DNA of 64,000 nucleotides, taken from positions 9,164 through 73,163 of the forward strand of contig DASYSM010000134.1 of assembly GCA_036003325.1 (NCBI GenBank), read 5' to 3'. Made by a program: the position numbers and the translations under genes. Below the pieces are notes generated by a model. That model was not told the origin of the DNA. It saw nothing but the letters and a program-made list of their open reading frames with translations, and ran no database searches. The DNA comes from Candidatus Limnocylindrales bacterium. Lineage in GTDB: Bacteria; Chloroflexota; Limnocylindria; Limnocylindrales; CSP1-4. Of the stretch, positions 26,064 through 35,164 are shown piece after piece. The stretch's first letter is position 1; each line of letters starts with the position of its first letter.

Positions 26064-29000
26064 CTATCTGGCGACGGTCAGCTCTCCCTTCTGGAGGGTG
26101 AGTGGGCTGGCCGCCGTCCCCACCTGGTGATACAGGGCGCCGGACGGTGTCCAGACGGACAGGGCGTACGTGTCGTTGGCGCCGCCCGAGCCGCCGTCGA
26201 CGATGTCGACGCGGAAGGAGAAGTTCCCGCCACCGATCCCGGGCACGGGCAGCCCCGTCAGCGGATCGATGGCGACGACGGTGCTCTTGCCGGCGAAGTA
26301 CGCGGCGTGCGCCCCATTGAGCGCGAGCGCCCCGCCCTGCCACGAGGTCGACTTGATGAGGTACACGTAGCCGTCGGCTCCGTGGAAGGTGTAGGCAGCA
26401 TGGCCCTTCGGTGTCGTCGAGTTCTTCTTCGCATACGAGACGTTGAAGCCCAGGTGGCCCTTCGGATGCTTCGCGTCGACCGCGACCGGCTTGTTCTGGA
26501 ATGACGGATCGAGCACCCAGCCACCACCGCTCAGGTAGGTGTCCGTCGCAGGAGTGAAGACGGTGAGGAAGTCGGCGTCCGCCTCGGGGCCGCCGAAGAA
26601 GCCGTTTCCGGGCAGGATCCTGAGGATCACGGTGTAGGTGTCGACCGGCAGGTTCGCGGCGGTGCCGGACACGACGCCTGCCGCGCTGACCGTGCCGGTG
26701 ACGGTCAGATCCGGCGTGGCCATGGACGAATTGCCCGAGTTGTAGAGCAGGAACTGGGCGGTGGCCTTGGTCAGGTCGCCCGGGTGACCGTCGGCGTCCT
26801 GGGTGATCTGCCCCGTCAGTGCCACAGTCGCCTTGGTCGCGGAGGCCGAGCCCGTCGACGCATACGTCGGTCCGCCATAGGCGGCCGTCGCCGCTTCCTT
26901 CGCGACCGCCAGGGATCCGCTGTAGGAGACGGTGTAGTTCGGGTTCGAGAGGCCGGCGCAGCCGGTCAGCGGGTAGTTGCCCGCGGGTGACTGGACCATG
27001 CCGCCGCTGACGGTCAACCCGCTCGCCGTGCAGCCGCTGAGGGTGCCGGACAGGGCGTCGGATCCGACGAGGCCCGGCACCGACCCGACGATGTCGAGGT
27101 TCGGGACCGGATCCGAGTACTGGACCGATGCCGGCGTGACGTGGACGGTGACCGACTTCGCCCCCACGTTGAACATCCGAGCGACGTCCGGGGCGGCCTG
27201 CCAGGTGCCATTCCCGGCCTGGTGCGCGGTCACCGTGCAGGTTCCGACGCCGACGATCGTGATCGTCACCCCGTGCGACCCGCCGCTGGTGCAGACACCA
27301 GCGGGCGAGGCGGTGAAGTCGACCGCCAGCCCCGAGGTGGCCGTGGCGCTCACGGTGATGGCGGCGTCGCCGTAGGTCTTCCCACCGAGCGGATCGAACG
27401 AGATCGACTGGACCTTCGAGTCGACCGTGAGACTGAAGGATTGGCCGGCATCCGGCGCGACCCCGTTCGCTGCCGAGATCGTCAATGTGTAGGGGCCGGA
27501 CGATCCGGCCGCCGGGGTCCCGGACAGCGTGGCGGTCCCGTTCCCGTTGTCGACGAACGTCACGCCGGCAGGAAGGGACCCGCTCTCACTGAGAGCCGGT
27601 GCCGGAGCACCGGTCGTCGTGACCGTGAAGGTCCCGGCCGAGCCGACCGTGAACGTGGTGTGGTCCGCGCTGGTGATCGCGGGCGGAGACGCGACATGGA
27701 GGGTGAAGGACTGGTGCGCATCCGGCGCCACGCCATTGCTGGCGGTGACCGTGAGGGCATAGTCCCCGCCGGTCCCGCTCGCCGGTGTCCCGGACAGGAT
27801 GGCGGTGCCGTCGCCCTGGTCGGTGAACGTGATGCCGCCCGGCAGGACGCCGACCTTCGACAGAGATGGTGTCGGTGTGCCGGTCGTCGTGACCGTGAAG
27901 GTCCCGGCCGAGCCGACCGTGAACGTGGTGTGGTCCGCGCTGGTGATCGCGGGAGCGACGTTGACGTGGAGCGTGAAGGATTGGTGAGCGTCGGGGGCGA
28001 CGCCGTTCGAGGCCGTGAATGAGATCGGGTGATCCCCGGCCGTGCCGGCGGCGGGCGTGCCGGACAGCGTCGCGGTCCCGTCGCCGTTGTCGGTGAAGGT
28101 CAGCCCGCTGGGCAGCCCGCCGGACATCGTGATCGACGCTGTCGGTGTCCCGGTCGTCGTCACGGTGAACGACCCGACGGAGCCGACCGTGAAGGTCGTG
28201 GTGCTCGCGCTCGTGATCGCCGGCGCGACGTGCACGTGGAGCGTGAACGACTGGCCGGCATCAGGGTCGACACCGTTGGTCGCCGAGATGGTGAGCGGGT
28301 AGTCGCCGCCGGTACCGGCGGCGGGCGTCCCGGACAGGGTCGCCGTTCCGTCTGCGTTGTCGGTGAAGGTCACGCCGCTCGGGAGCGTTCCGCTTTCGCT
28401 GAGCGCGGCGGTCGGCGTTCCGGTCGTGGTCACGGTGAACGAGCCGGCCGTGCCGACGGTGAACGTGGTGCTGTCGGCGCTGGTGATCGCGGGCGCGGTG
28501 TCGATGTCGGGGCCGGTCACCGACGCGGTCGCCTCCGCCGAGTCCGACCCGCCGTCGCCATCGGTCGCGGTGAGCTGGATCGTATGCTGCCCGCCCGTCG
28601 TGTAGACGTGGGGCACGTCGAAGTATCCGCACGACATGCTGGTCGAGCCAGGGAGGCCGCAGCCGAGCCCTTGCTGGGATGGCGTGGGACAGACGTCCGT
28701 CCCGGTGCCGCACCTGATCCCCACGATGCTGTCCGGCGAGCCGTCTCCCCAGTCGATCGTGAGCGAGCCGTCTTCGATGCCCGGGTCGGTGATCTGTCCG
28801 GCGATGGACGCCTGCTCGCCCGTGGCGACGGTCAGATGCGAGTAGGAACCGATGCAGAGGGCGCAGCCCTCGGGTGAGACCGTCAGGTCGGGTGGCACAT
28901 TGACGACCCGCGCCGACGCGCCTGCCGTCCCGGTCGTGTCGTCCGCTTCGACCGCGGAGCCGCTGATGGTGTAGTAGTCAGAAGCGCCTGATGGATCGTC

Positions 29001-31229
29001 GGTGTACGTGTGCGTGAGGTGGAAGTAGATCGGGTCGCCGCAACTCCCGATGCACAGGCTTGGATAGGTCCTGGTCAACGTGAATGGGCAGTCGGCGCCG
29101 TCGCACGGGTAGTCGGCGGTCGTGGACGTCCCGTCGCCCCATTCGATGGTCAGCGTGCCCCCCTCGAACTCGGCGTCGGTGATCGACCCGTTGAGCTCGG
29201 CGGTCCCGCCTTCGTCGATGTCGCGGACATCGGTGTCGAAGAGGCAGATGTTGAGCGGGATGGAGTGGTCGCAGAACCCGTTGAGGTACAGGTTCGGCGG
29301 GTCGTTCACCGCGGCGACGTTGATCGTGACGGTCGCGGTGTCGGCCGTGCCGATCGTGTAGGTGAAGGTGTCGGTGCCGTTGAAGTCGGCGGCCGGCGAA
29401 TAGGTGAACGAGCCATTCGCCTGAAGGCTCAGGGTGCCGTGCGTCGTGGTCGTCCCGACGGTCGCGCTGACGCCCGGCTTGTCGTTGGCCAGCACGCCTG
29501 GCGCGGTGACCGTGAGAAGCGTGTCCTCGCTGGCGTCGTACGTGTCGTCGGCAACGCTTTTGACGGTGACTGCGACCGTGGCCTGGTCGCACCGATCACC
29601 CACGTCGCAGACCTGATACGGCCAGATCGCGGTGCCGACGAAGCCCGGCGTCGGGGTATAGGTGATCGTGCCGTCGCCGTTGGGCTGCCATGTCCCGTGC
29701 GCCAGGGCCTCCCAACCGGACGTGTCGCCGACATCACAGGACGGGATGTGCTGGGGCTCGTTCCCGCATGGGTTGGGGTCGTGCCCGACCGACGTCGGGT
29801 CGAGATCGCCTTCGGGGTCCGTGTCGTTGGCGGTCACGTTCACCGTGATCGGTCGATCGAAGCCCGTGGTCCCGCTGTCGGTGTTGGCCTTCGGGGGGTC
29901 GGCCACGGGCGCGACCGTGAGCACGACGGTCCCGGTGTCGTCGCTGATGTCCCAGCCGTTGTTGTATCCGGTCGAAGGGTAGTAGCGGAACGAATCGGGA
30001 CCGTTGTAGTTCGGATCGGGCGTGTAATCGATCGAGGCGACGTACGCGCTGGGGAATCCGGAGATCAGATCCGCGTAGTGCATGGTGACGGTCCCATGAT
30101 CCGTGCGCAGCGACGGGTACGGGAAGAAGGCGTTCTGGACGTAGATGATGTTGGTCGCGTGGATGTCGTTCGCGAGCAGCGTCCCCGAGGGGATGGTGGT
30201 GGTCGTGTCCTCGTTGACAGTGACGGCGTCATCGACGCCCTGCGCGACCGTCGGGAGCGGGGGCGTGGTGACGTTGATGTTCACCACCGCGTACATCTGG
30301 CCCGGATCGCACGGTTGCTGGAGGGTGTTGAAGTGACAGTGCGGCGAAAGACCGAACTCACCGGTGACTGAATCGACCGGGACGTACCAGAAGTAGTCGG
30401 GTCCCTGGTAGTCCGCGTTCGGGGTGTATGTGAACGTGCCGTTCGACAGCAGGGTGTAGGTACCATGCTGCGTCGGCCGTGGCACACCGGGGTCGCCGTA
30501 GAAGGTGTTCCCGCCGCTGTCATAGAAGATCCTGCCGACGCGCGTGTTGCCGTTTGCACCGAGATCGTTGTCGAGCACCCCGCACACGCCGACGAACGAG
30601 CAGATCGGGAGCTCGTCGACCAGCGTCGTGTTGACGTATGCCGTGTAGGAATCGTCCCGCGCGCGGACGTGGGTGGCGGCGGCGATGGTGACCGTCCCCC
30701 CGGTCGAGCAGTAGCTCCCACTCGTGTACCAGACGTACGTGAAGCTGTCCGCGCCGTAGTAGCCGGGCTGCGGAACATAGTGGAAGCTGCCGTCGGCGTT
30801 CAGGGTGAACGAAGCTGCGTGCGCGGGCCCCGTGTAGAGCGCGGCTTGTGCCTCCGCGGGCAGGTTGTAGTGGTGGTCGATCACGATGACTTCGTCGTTC
30901 TCGAGGACGCCTGGCGCCGCCACGTTCACGGACAGGAATGTGTCATCGCCGGCATCGCTCTTCGGGCCGGACCATTCCGAGCCGACCGTCTGCCCGAGGG
31001 CGACGCCGTTCTCGCGTGTGTACGAGTCGTCGTGTGCGATGTTCTCGCTCGGGTCCCATTGCGGCGTGCCGAAGGGGATCACGCAGGGCAGCGAGGGCGG
31101 GTTGATGAGCGGATCGGCGCTCGCGGTCGTGGCCACGACGGGGAGCACGAGGAGGGCGACGAAGAGCCCGACCGCACCCCGACGAATGGTGGTGTGGCCG
31201 CGCGGGCGGTGTCGGCCGATGAACCTCAT
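26064..31229 (-). CDS. Giant secreted multi-domain protein (1721 aa): cadherin/VCBS-like modules, PKD-like modules, 4 tandem Ig-like (He_PIG-type) repeats, MBG-like and C-terminal beta-rich domains
   Basis: Signal peptide MRFIGRH...LVLPVVATTASA. ATG 31229 after GGGAGG. Repeated ...NEDT...LLANDxD / VNDPP modules, TIEWGDGTST and TIDWGDGSPD (PKD-like), and 4 x 90-aa APAITSA...TFTDNxDGTATLSGTPAAG repeats. No obvious cell-wall or membrane anchor. Confidence 0.85.
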   Translation of the reverse strand: MRFIGRHRPRGHTTIRRGAVGLFVALLVLPVVATTASADPLINPPSLPCVIPFGTPQWDPSENIAHDDSYTRENGVALGQTVGSEWSGPKSDAGDDTFLSVNVAAPGVLENDEVIVIDHHYNLPAEAQAALYTGPAHAASFTLNADGSFHYVPQPGYYGADSFTYVWYTSGSYCSTGGTVTIAAATHVRARDDSYTAYVNTTLVDELPICSFVGVCGVLDNDLGANGNTRVGRIFYDSGGNTFYGDPGVPRPTQHGTYTLLSNGTFTYTPNADYQGPDYFWYVPVDSVTGEFGLSPHCHFNTLQQPCDPGQMYAVVNINVTTPPLPTVAQGVDDAVTVNEDTTTTIPSGTLLANDIHATNIIYVQNAFFPYPSLRTDHGTVTMHYADLISGFPSAYVASIDYTPDPNYNGPDSFRYYPSTGYNNGWDISDDTGTVVLTVAPVADPPKANTDSGTTGFDRPITVNVTANDTDPEGDLDPTSVGHDPNPCGNEPQHIPSCDVGDTSGWEALAHGTWQPNGDGTITYTPTPGFVGTAIWPYQVCDVGDRCDQATVAVTVKSVADDTYDASEDTLLTVTAPGVLANDKPGVSATVGTTTTHGTLSLQANGSFTYSPAADFNGTDTFTYTIGTADTATVTINVAAVNDPPNLYLNGFCDHSIPLNICLFDTDVRDIDEGGTAELNGSITDAEFEGGTLTIEWGDGTSTTADYPCDGADCPFTLTRTYPSLCIGSCGDPIYFHLTHTYTDDPSGASDYYTISGSAVEADDTTGTAGASARVVNVPPDLTVSPEGCALCIGSYSHLTVATGEQASIAGQITDPGIEDGSLTIDWGDGSPDSIVGIRCGTGTDVCPTPSQQGLGCGLPGSTSMSCGYFDVPHVYTTGGQHTIQLTATDGDGGSDSAEATASVTGPDIDTAPAITSADSTTFTVGTAGSFTVTTTGTPTAALSESGTLPSGVTFTDNADGTATLSGTPAAGTGGDYPLTISATNGVDPDAGQSFTLHVHVAPAITSASTTTFTVGSVGSFTVTTTGTPTASITMSGGLPSGLTFTDNGDGTATLSGTPAAGTAGDHPISFTASNGVAPDAHQSFTLHVNVAPAITSADHTTFTVGSAGTFTVTTTGTPTPSLSKVGVLPGGITFTDQGDGTAILSGTPASGTGGDYALTVTASNGVAPDAHQSFTLHVASPPAITSADHTTFTVGSAGTFTVTTTGAPAPALSESGSLPAGVTFVDNGNGTATLSGTPAAGSSGPYTLTISAANGVAPDAGQSFSLTVDSKVQSISFDPLGGKTYGDAAITVSATATSGLAVDFTASPAGVCTSGGSHGVTITIVGVGTCTVTAHQAGNGTWQAAPDVARMFNVGAKSVTVHVTPASVQYSDPVPNLDIVGSVPGLVGSDALSGTLSGCTASGLTVSGGMVQSPAGNYPLTGCAGLSNPNYTVSYSGSLAVAKEAATAAYGGPTYASTGSASATKATVALTGQITQDADGHPGDLTKATAQFLLYNSGNSSMATPDLTVTGTVSAAGVVSGTAANLPVDTYTVILRILPGNGFFGGPEADADFLTVFTPATDTYLSGGGWVLDPSFQNKPVAVDAKHPKGHLGFNVSYAKKNSTTPKGHAAYTFHGADGYVYLIKSTSWQGGALALNGAHAAYFAGKSTVVAIDPLTGLPVPGIGGGNFSFRVDIVDGGSGGANDTYALSVWTPSGALYHQVGTAASPLTLQKGELTVAR
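27417..28496. repeat. Four tandem 270-bp coding repeats (Ig-like modules) inside the giant gene
   Basis: Units of exactly 90 codons. A 74-nt stretch is identical between 27610-27683 and 27880-27953, offset exactly 270 bp. Confidence 0.9.
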
Positions 31230-31543
31230 GATCTGCCTCCCTCGGCGGGCGACGCCGCCATCCCATGGGCGATGACGACGCCCGACCACACCTCTGGATT
31301 CGTCTCGTGGACGTCGGGGAGATGCCGCTCGAGCCAGGCGGCGAACCGCCGTCCCGACTCGACGACCGCCGCCTCGTCGTCACCCAGCGCCAGGACAAGG
31401 AGCCCGTCACGGGTGGCGATGACGTCGCAGTCGCGCGCTCCGGGCGCGGACGTCAGGGCGCGACAGATGGCGGTGGCGTTGGCAGAGAGATCGTCGACGA
31501 GACTCGCGTCAAGCCCGACGTACCGGCGCACCGCCGCAAACAT
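31226..31543 (-). CDS. Small hypothetical protein (105 aa), translationally coupled to the giant gene
   Basis: Its stop overlaps the giant-gene ATG (ATGA at 31226-31229). Non-repetitive, balanced composition with an alpha/beta-like pattern. No family recognised. Confidence 0.5.
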   Translation of the reverse strand: MFAAVRRYVGLDASLVDDLSANATAICRALTSAPGARDCDVIATRDGLLVLALGDDEAAVVESGRRFAAWLERHLPDVHETNPEVWSGVVIAHGMAASPAEGGRS

Positions 31544-31645
31544 GCTCCTCCGGCGCGACGGGCGTCCGCTCCCCTTCCGGGCCCAGCCGATCGCGCGCGG
31601 CCGGGCAGGCCGACCGTAGTGCGGTCCGGCTCGCCGTCGCGACTG

Positions 31646-34054
31646 TCAGGTGACAGTATTTCGAGGGCGTGCCGGCGCTTCCGCGTCGTTGGTCGGACGA
31701 GCCTCCGTCGCGACGCCGACCGTCACCATCCAGGTCGCGATCTGCACCCGAGAGGTCAGGCCGAGCTTGCCGAGGATGCGCTCGACGTGCATCCGCACGG
31801 TCCCGGGCGACACGAAGAGCGCGGTCCCGATCTGGCGATTGGTCAGACCCTCGGCGACCAGGTCGGCGACCTCGCGCTCGCGGATGGTGAGCTGATCGGT
31901 CGAGGCCCGACGTCGCCGGCGTGGCGGGGCAGGATCATCGGAGGTCGCGAAGACGGCGATCTCCGAAAAGCTCATGGTCCGGCCACGCTCCCACGCGTCG
32001 GCGAACACCCGGGGCGATTGCCCGTCGCGAGCGCGCTCGATGTCCTCCATCAGCCGGTCGCGGTCGATCTCCCTCGGCTCGACCGCGGTCGCGTCGCGGA
32101 GGGCCCGTGCCACGGCGAGGAACGTCGTCCCGCGCCCGAGCTCGCCGGCATCGAGGGCGACGCCGCCGAGCTCTTCGAGGCAGTCGATCGAGTCCAGCTG
32201 TGCGCCGTATGCACGAAGCTCCGCGAAGCCGGCCGCCAGATGGGTCCTCGCCGCCTCCAGCTCGGCTCGACGGCGCTCGACCGCGCCGAGCGAGGCGAGC
32301 GCCCGACCGAGGTACCACGTCCGAGGCGACGCCCGCAGGAGCGCGACCGCCGCCGCCAGGTGCTCGTACGCGTCATCCAGGGCGTCCCCGCCCTCGCGGA
32401 GTGAGATCAGGCCGACCCCGGCGTGATAGAAGCCGAGGGCGATCGGGTTGGGCTCCTCGTCAAGGATCCGCTTCGCTTCCTCGTACCACGCACGCCCGCC
32501 GACGTAATCGCCGCCCGCGGCGAGCGCCTCGGCCACGAGCCCTCGCGGGGTTCGACGCGCGTAGTTGTCGCCGACGACGTCGCCCACCTCGACCGCCGTT
32601 CGCGCATGCTCCACGGCCGGTCCGAGGCGCCCGAGGATCCGCTCGTGATCGGACAGCACCGCCAGCGCGAACGCGCGTGGACGCGTCGGCGCTTCGCCCA
32701 CCATGGCGAGCAACGTCTCGAGGTGCGGGATCGCCTCACGCATGTATGCCCGCACGCGCCAGTACTCGGCCAGGCCGACGATCATCCCGAGGGCCAGCGG
32801 AACGATCCCCGCCGTCTCGGCGAACCGGAGGGCAGCAAGGCAGTTCTCGTGATCGGCCGCGATCCTGTCGAGGTCCTCCGGCTCTCCGTGGGGCCTCACC
32901 GCGAGATGCAGGTTGGCGAGACCGACGTAGTACTGCGCGTGCGGGACGGCCAGCGCACCCGTCTCACCGGAGGCATCGAGCTTCCGCCGGGCGAACTCGG
33001 CGATGGGCTGCAGGAAATGGAAGCGCGCCGGCGACGTCTCCTGATCTCGGACGACGAGCGACTGCTCGACCAGTGACGCCAGGGATGCTGCGACGCGGTG
33101 CGGGTCGCCGTCCACTGCACAGACCGCCTCGGCCGCCTCGACGGTCCAACCGCCGGCGAAGACCGAAAGGCGGCGGAACAGCGCCTGCTCGTCGGGCCGG
33201 AGGAGCTGATGACTCCACTCGAGCGCGTCCTCCAGCGTCTGCTGGCGCGATGGGGTCGCGACGGTAGCGCTCCGAAGCAGGTCGCTCTCCGGACCCAGGC
33301 GAGCCTCGATCTCGGCTGGCGACAGGGCACCGACCTGAGCCGCTGCGAGCTCGATCGCGAGCGGCAGGCCGGCCAGCCGCCGACAGATCGAGGCGACCGG
33401 CGATGCATTGGCATCCGTGAGCGCGAATCCGCGGTCAGCCGCGCGAGCGCGCCGAAGGAAGAGCTCGACCGCGGGGACGGCGGCCAGGGTCGCGAGCGAT
33501 CCCGATCCAGCGCCGCCCGGAGTCGCCAGCGGCTCGACGCGGAACACCTGCTCGCCCCTCACGCGCAGCGGAGCGCGACTCGTGGCGACGACGCGGAGAT
33601 ACGGGCACTCGTTCAGCAGGCGATCGACGACGTGGCCGACGGCAACCTGGACGTGTTCGCAGTTGTCGAGGATCAGCAGACCCTGGCGCGGCTCCAGGTA
33701 CTCCACGATCAGGGACAGCGGCGAGCGTTCCTGCTCGACGAGGCCGAGGGCCCGGAGGCAGGCGAGAGCGATCCCATCCTCGTGGGCGCCCGTTGCCACC
33801 GTGGCGAGATCGACCGGCCACACGCCGTCGGTCGCAGCCGGACCGACCGACCGTCCGACTTCGAACGCAAGGGTCGTCTTGCCGACGCCGCCGACGCCGG
33901 AAAGCGTCACGAGTCGGCTGTCGCCATGCAGCGCAAGCTCCGTGATCGCGGCGACGTCCTGGTCGCGCCCGATGAGCGACGACCGTCGCGCGGGCACCGA
34001 GCTGACCTGCACGCGGAACCTCTCCTGTACGGGCGGCGGGGCGTGTGTGTCCAT
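31646..34054 (-). CDS. LuxR-family transcriptional regulator with N-terminal STAND/AAA ATPase and TPR-like middle region (LAL/MalT-like)
   Basis: Walker A LSGVGGVGKTTLA, LLILDNCEH (Walker B-like), a long helical repeat region, and a C-terminal LuxR HTH (LTIREREVADLVAEGLTNRQIGTALFVSPGTVRMHVERILGKLG). ATG 34054. The rest of the 1603-aa ORF is antisense to real genes. Confidence 0.88.
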   Translation of the reverse strand: MDTHAPPPVQERFRVQVSSVPARRSSLIGRDQDVAAITELALHGDSRLVTLSGVGGVGKTTLAFEVGRSVGPAATDGVWPVDLATVATGAHEDGIALACLRALGLVEQERSPLSLIVEYLEPRQGLLILDNCEHVQVAVGHVVDRLLNECPYLRVVATSRAPLRVRGEQVFRVEPLATPGGAGSGSLATLAAVPAVELFLRRARAADRGFALTDANASPVASICRRLAGLPLAIELAAAQVGALSPAEIEARLGPESDLLRSATVATPSRQQTLEDALEWSHQLLRPDEQALFRRLSVFAGGWTVEAAEAVCAVDGDPHRVAASLASLVEQSLVVRDQETSPARFHFLQPIAEFARRKLDASGETGALAVPHAQYYVGLANLHLAVRPHGEPEDLDRIAADHENCLAALRFAETAGIVPLALGMIVGLAEYWRVRAYMREAIPHLETLLAMVGEAPTRPRAFALAVLSDHERILGRLGPAVEHARTAVEVGDVVGDNYARRTPRGLVAEALAAGGDYVGGRAWYEEAKRILDEEPNPIALGFYHAGVGLISLREGGDALDDAYEHLAAAVALLRASPRTWYLGRALASLGAVERRRAELEAARTHLAAGFAELRAYGAQLDSIDCLEELGGVALDAGELGRGTTFLAVARALRDATAVEPREIDRDRLMEDIERARDGQSPRVFADAWERGRTMSFSEIAVFATSDDPAPPRRRRRASTDQLTIREREVADLVAEGLTNRQIGTALFVSPGTVRMHVERILGKLGLTSRVQIATWMVTVGVATEARPTNDAEAPARPRNTVT

Positions 34055-34234
34055 GTCATCCGTGGAACCGGACGATGGCGCGCCCGACAGGACCTCGATC
34101 CCTTCGGTCTGGGAACCCGATGACCACCTCGACCTGCCCGCTGACGCGAACGCGATGATACTCGTGGCGGTCGGCGCGAGAGTGTACCCTCTGGCATCTT
34201 CGACCCACGACCACCGAGCGAGGTGATGCCCGAC

Positions 34235-35086
34235 ATGGCCCGAACCGTCCGAGGCGCGTTGGTCCAGGCGACCTGGACCGGCGACAAGGAATCGATGATC
34301 CAGAAGCACGAGGGCTACGCCCATGAGGCCGCCAGGCAGGGTGCCCAGTTCATCCTGTTCCAGGAGCTGTTCTACGGGCCCTATTTCTGCCAGGTGCAGG
34401 ACGCCCAGTACTACAGCTATACGGAGCTGATCCCCGACGGCCCGACGACGAAGCGGATGCAGGACCTCGCCCGGCAGACCGGCCTCGTCATCGTCGCCCC
34501 GATGTACGAGGAGGACGACAAGGCCAGCGGCATCTACTACAACACCGCCGCCGTCATCGACCCGGACGGCACCTACCTCGGCAAGTACCGCAAGACCCAC
34601 ATCCCGCACGTCAAGGGGTTCTGGGAGAAGTTCTACTTCCGGCCGGGGAACCTGGGCTACCCGGTGTTCGAGACCGCTGTCGGCAAGATCGGCGTGTACA
34701 TCTGCTATGACCGGCACTTTCCCGAGGGCGCCCGCGCGCTGGGCCTCAACGGCGCCGAGATCGTCCTGATCCCGAGTGCCACCTCGCGCGGCCTGTCCGA
34801 GTACCTGTGGCGGATCGAGCAGGTCAGCCACGCCGTCGCCAACGGCTACTACGTCGGGACCATCAACCGCGTCGGCATCGAGGCCGACATCGGCGACGAC
34901 GACTTCTACGGCCAGAGCTACTTCGTGGACCCGCGCGGCCAGTTCGTCGGCGACCTCGGCAGCGCCAACGACGAGGAGCTGCTGGTGCGCGATCTCGACC
35001 TCGACCGGATCATGGAGGTCCGCAACACCTGGCAGTTCTTCCGGGACCGCCGCCCGGACGCGTACGCAGACCTGACGCGACCGTAG
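34235..35086 (+). CDS. Nitrilase-superfamily beta-ureidopropionase / N-carbamoyl-amino-acid amidohydrolase
   Basis: Catalytic-triad contexts FQELF (Glu), YRKTHIP (Lys), VYICYDRHFPE (Cys). ATG 34235; alternatives GTG 34223 and ATG 34226. Confidence 0.88.
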   Translation: MARTVRGALVQATWTGDKESMIQKHEGYAHEAARQGAQFILFQELFYGPYFCQVQDAQYYSYTELIPDGPTTKRMQDLARQTGLVIVAPMYEEDDKASGIYYNTAAVIDPDGTYLGKYRKTHIPHVKGFWEKFYFRPGNLGYPVFETAVGKIGVYICYDRHFPEGARALGLNGAEIVLIPSATSRGLSEYLWRIEQVSHAVANGYYVGTINRVGIEADIGDDDFYGQSYFVDPRGQFVGDLGSANDEELLVRDLDLDRIMEVRNTWQFFRDRRPDAYADLTRP

Positions 35087-35106
35087 GACACGCGCTACCA
35101 TCCCTC

Positions 35107-35140
35107 CGGCTCGGCCGTCTGGAGGAGGACGGCCGAGCCG
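35107..35140 (+). other. Perfect 13-bp stem / 8-nt loop hairpin in the 78-nt spacer between beta-ureidopropionase and the LLM gene
   Basis: cggctcggccgtc (35107-35119) pairs with gacggccgagccg (35128-35140). The loop uggaggag contains an SD-like GGAGG. No U-tract. Confidence 0.6.
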
Positions 35141-35164
35141 CCTTGATCCGATGGAGCAAGGCCC

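Noticed and set aside
27417-28496. Regularly spaced repeats considered as a CRISPR-like array (also 59243-59366)
   Set aside because: The repeats are contiguous with no spacers and in frame within well-supported CDSs (Ig modules; acidic tail of Lgt). No cas genes are present.
31646-34054. STAND/NB-ARC-like ATPase plus TPR protein considered as an Avs/STAND-type antiviral defence gene
   Set aside because: The only effector-type domain I recognise is a C-terminal LuxR HTH, as in LAL/MalT transcription activators. I recognise no nuclease, protease, TIR or other death effector domain. There are no neighbouring defence or mobile genes.
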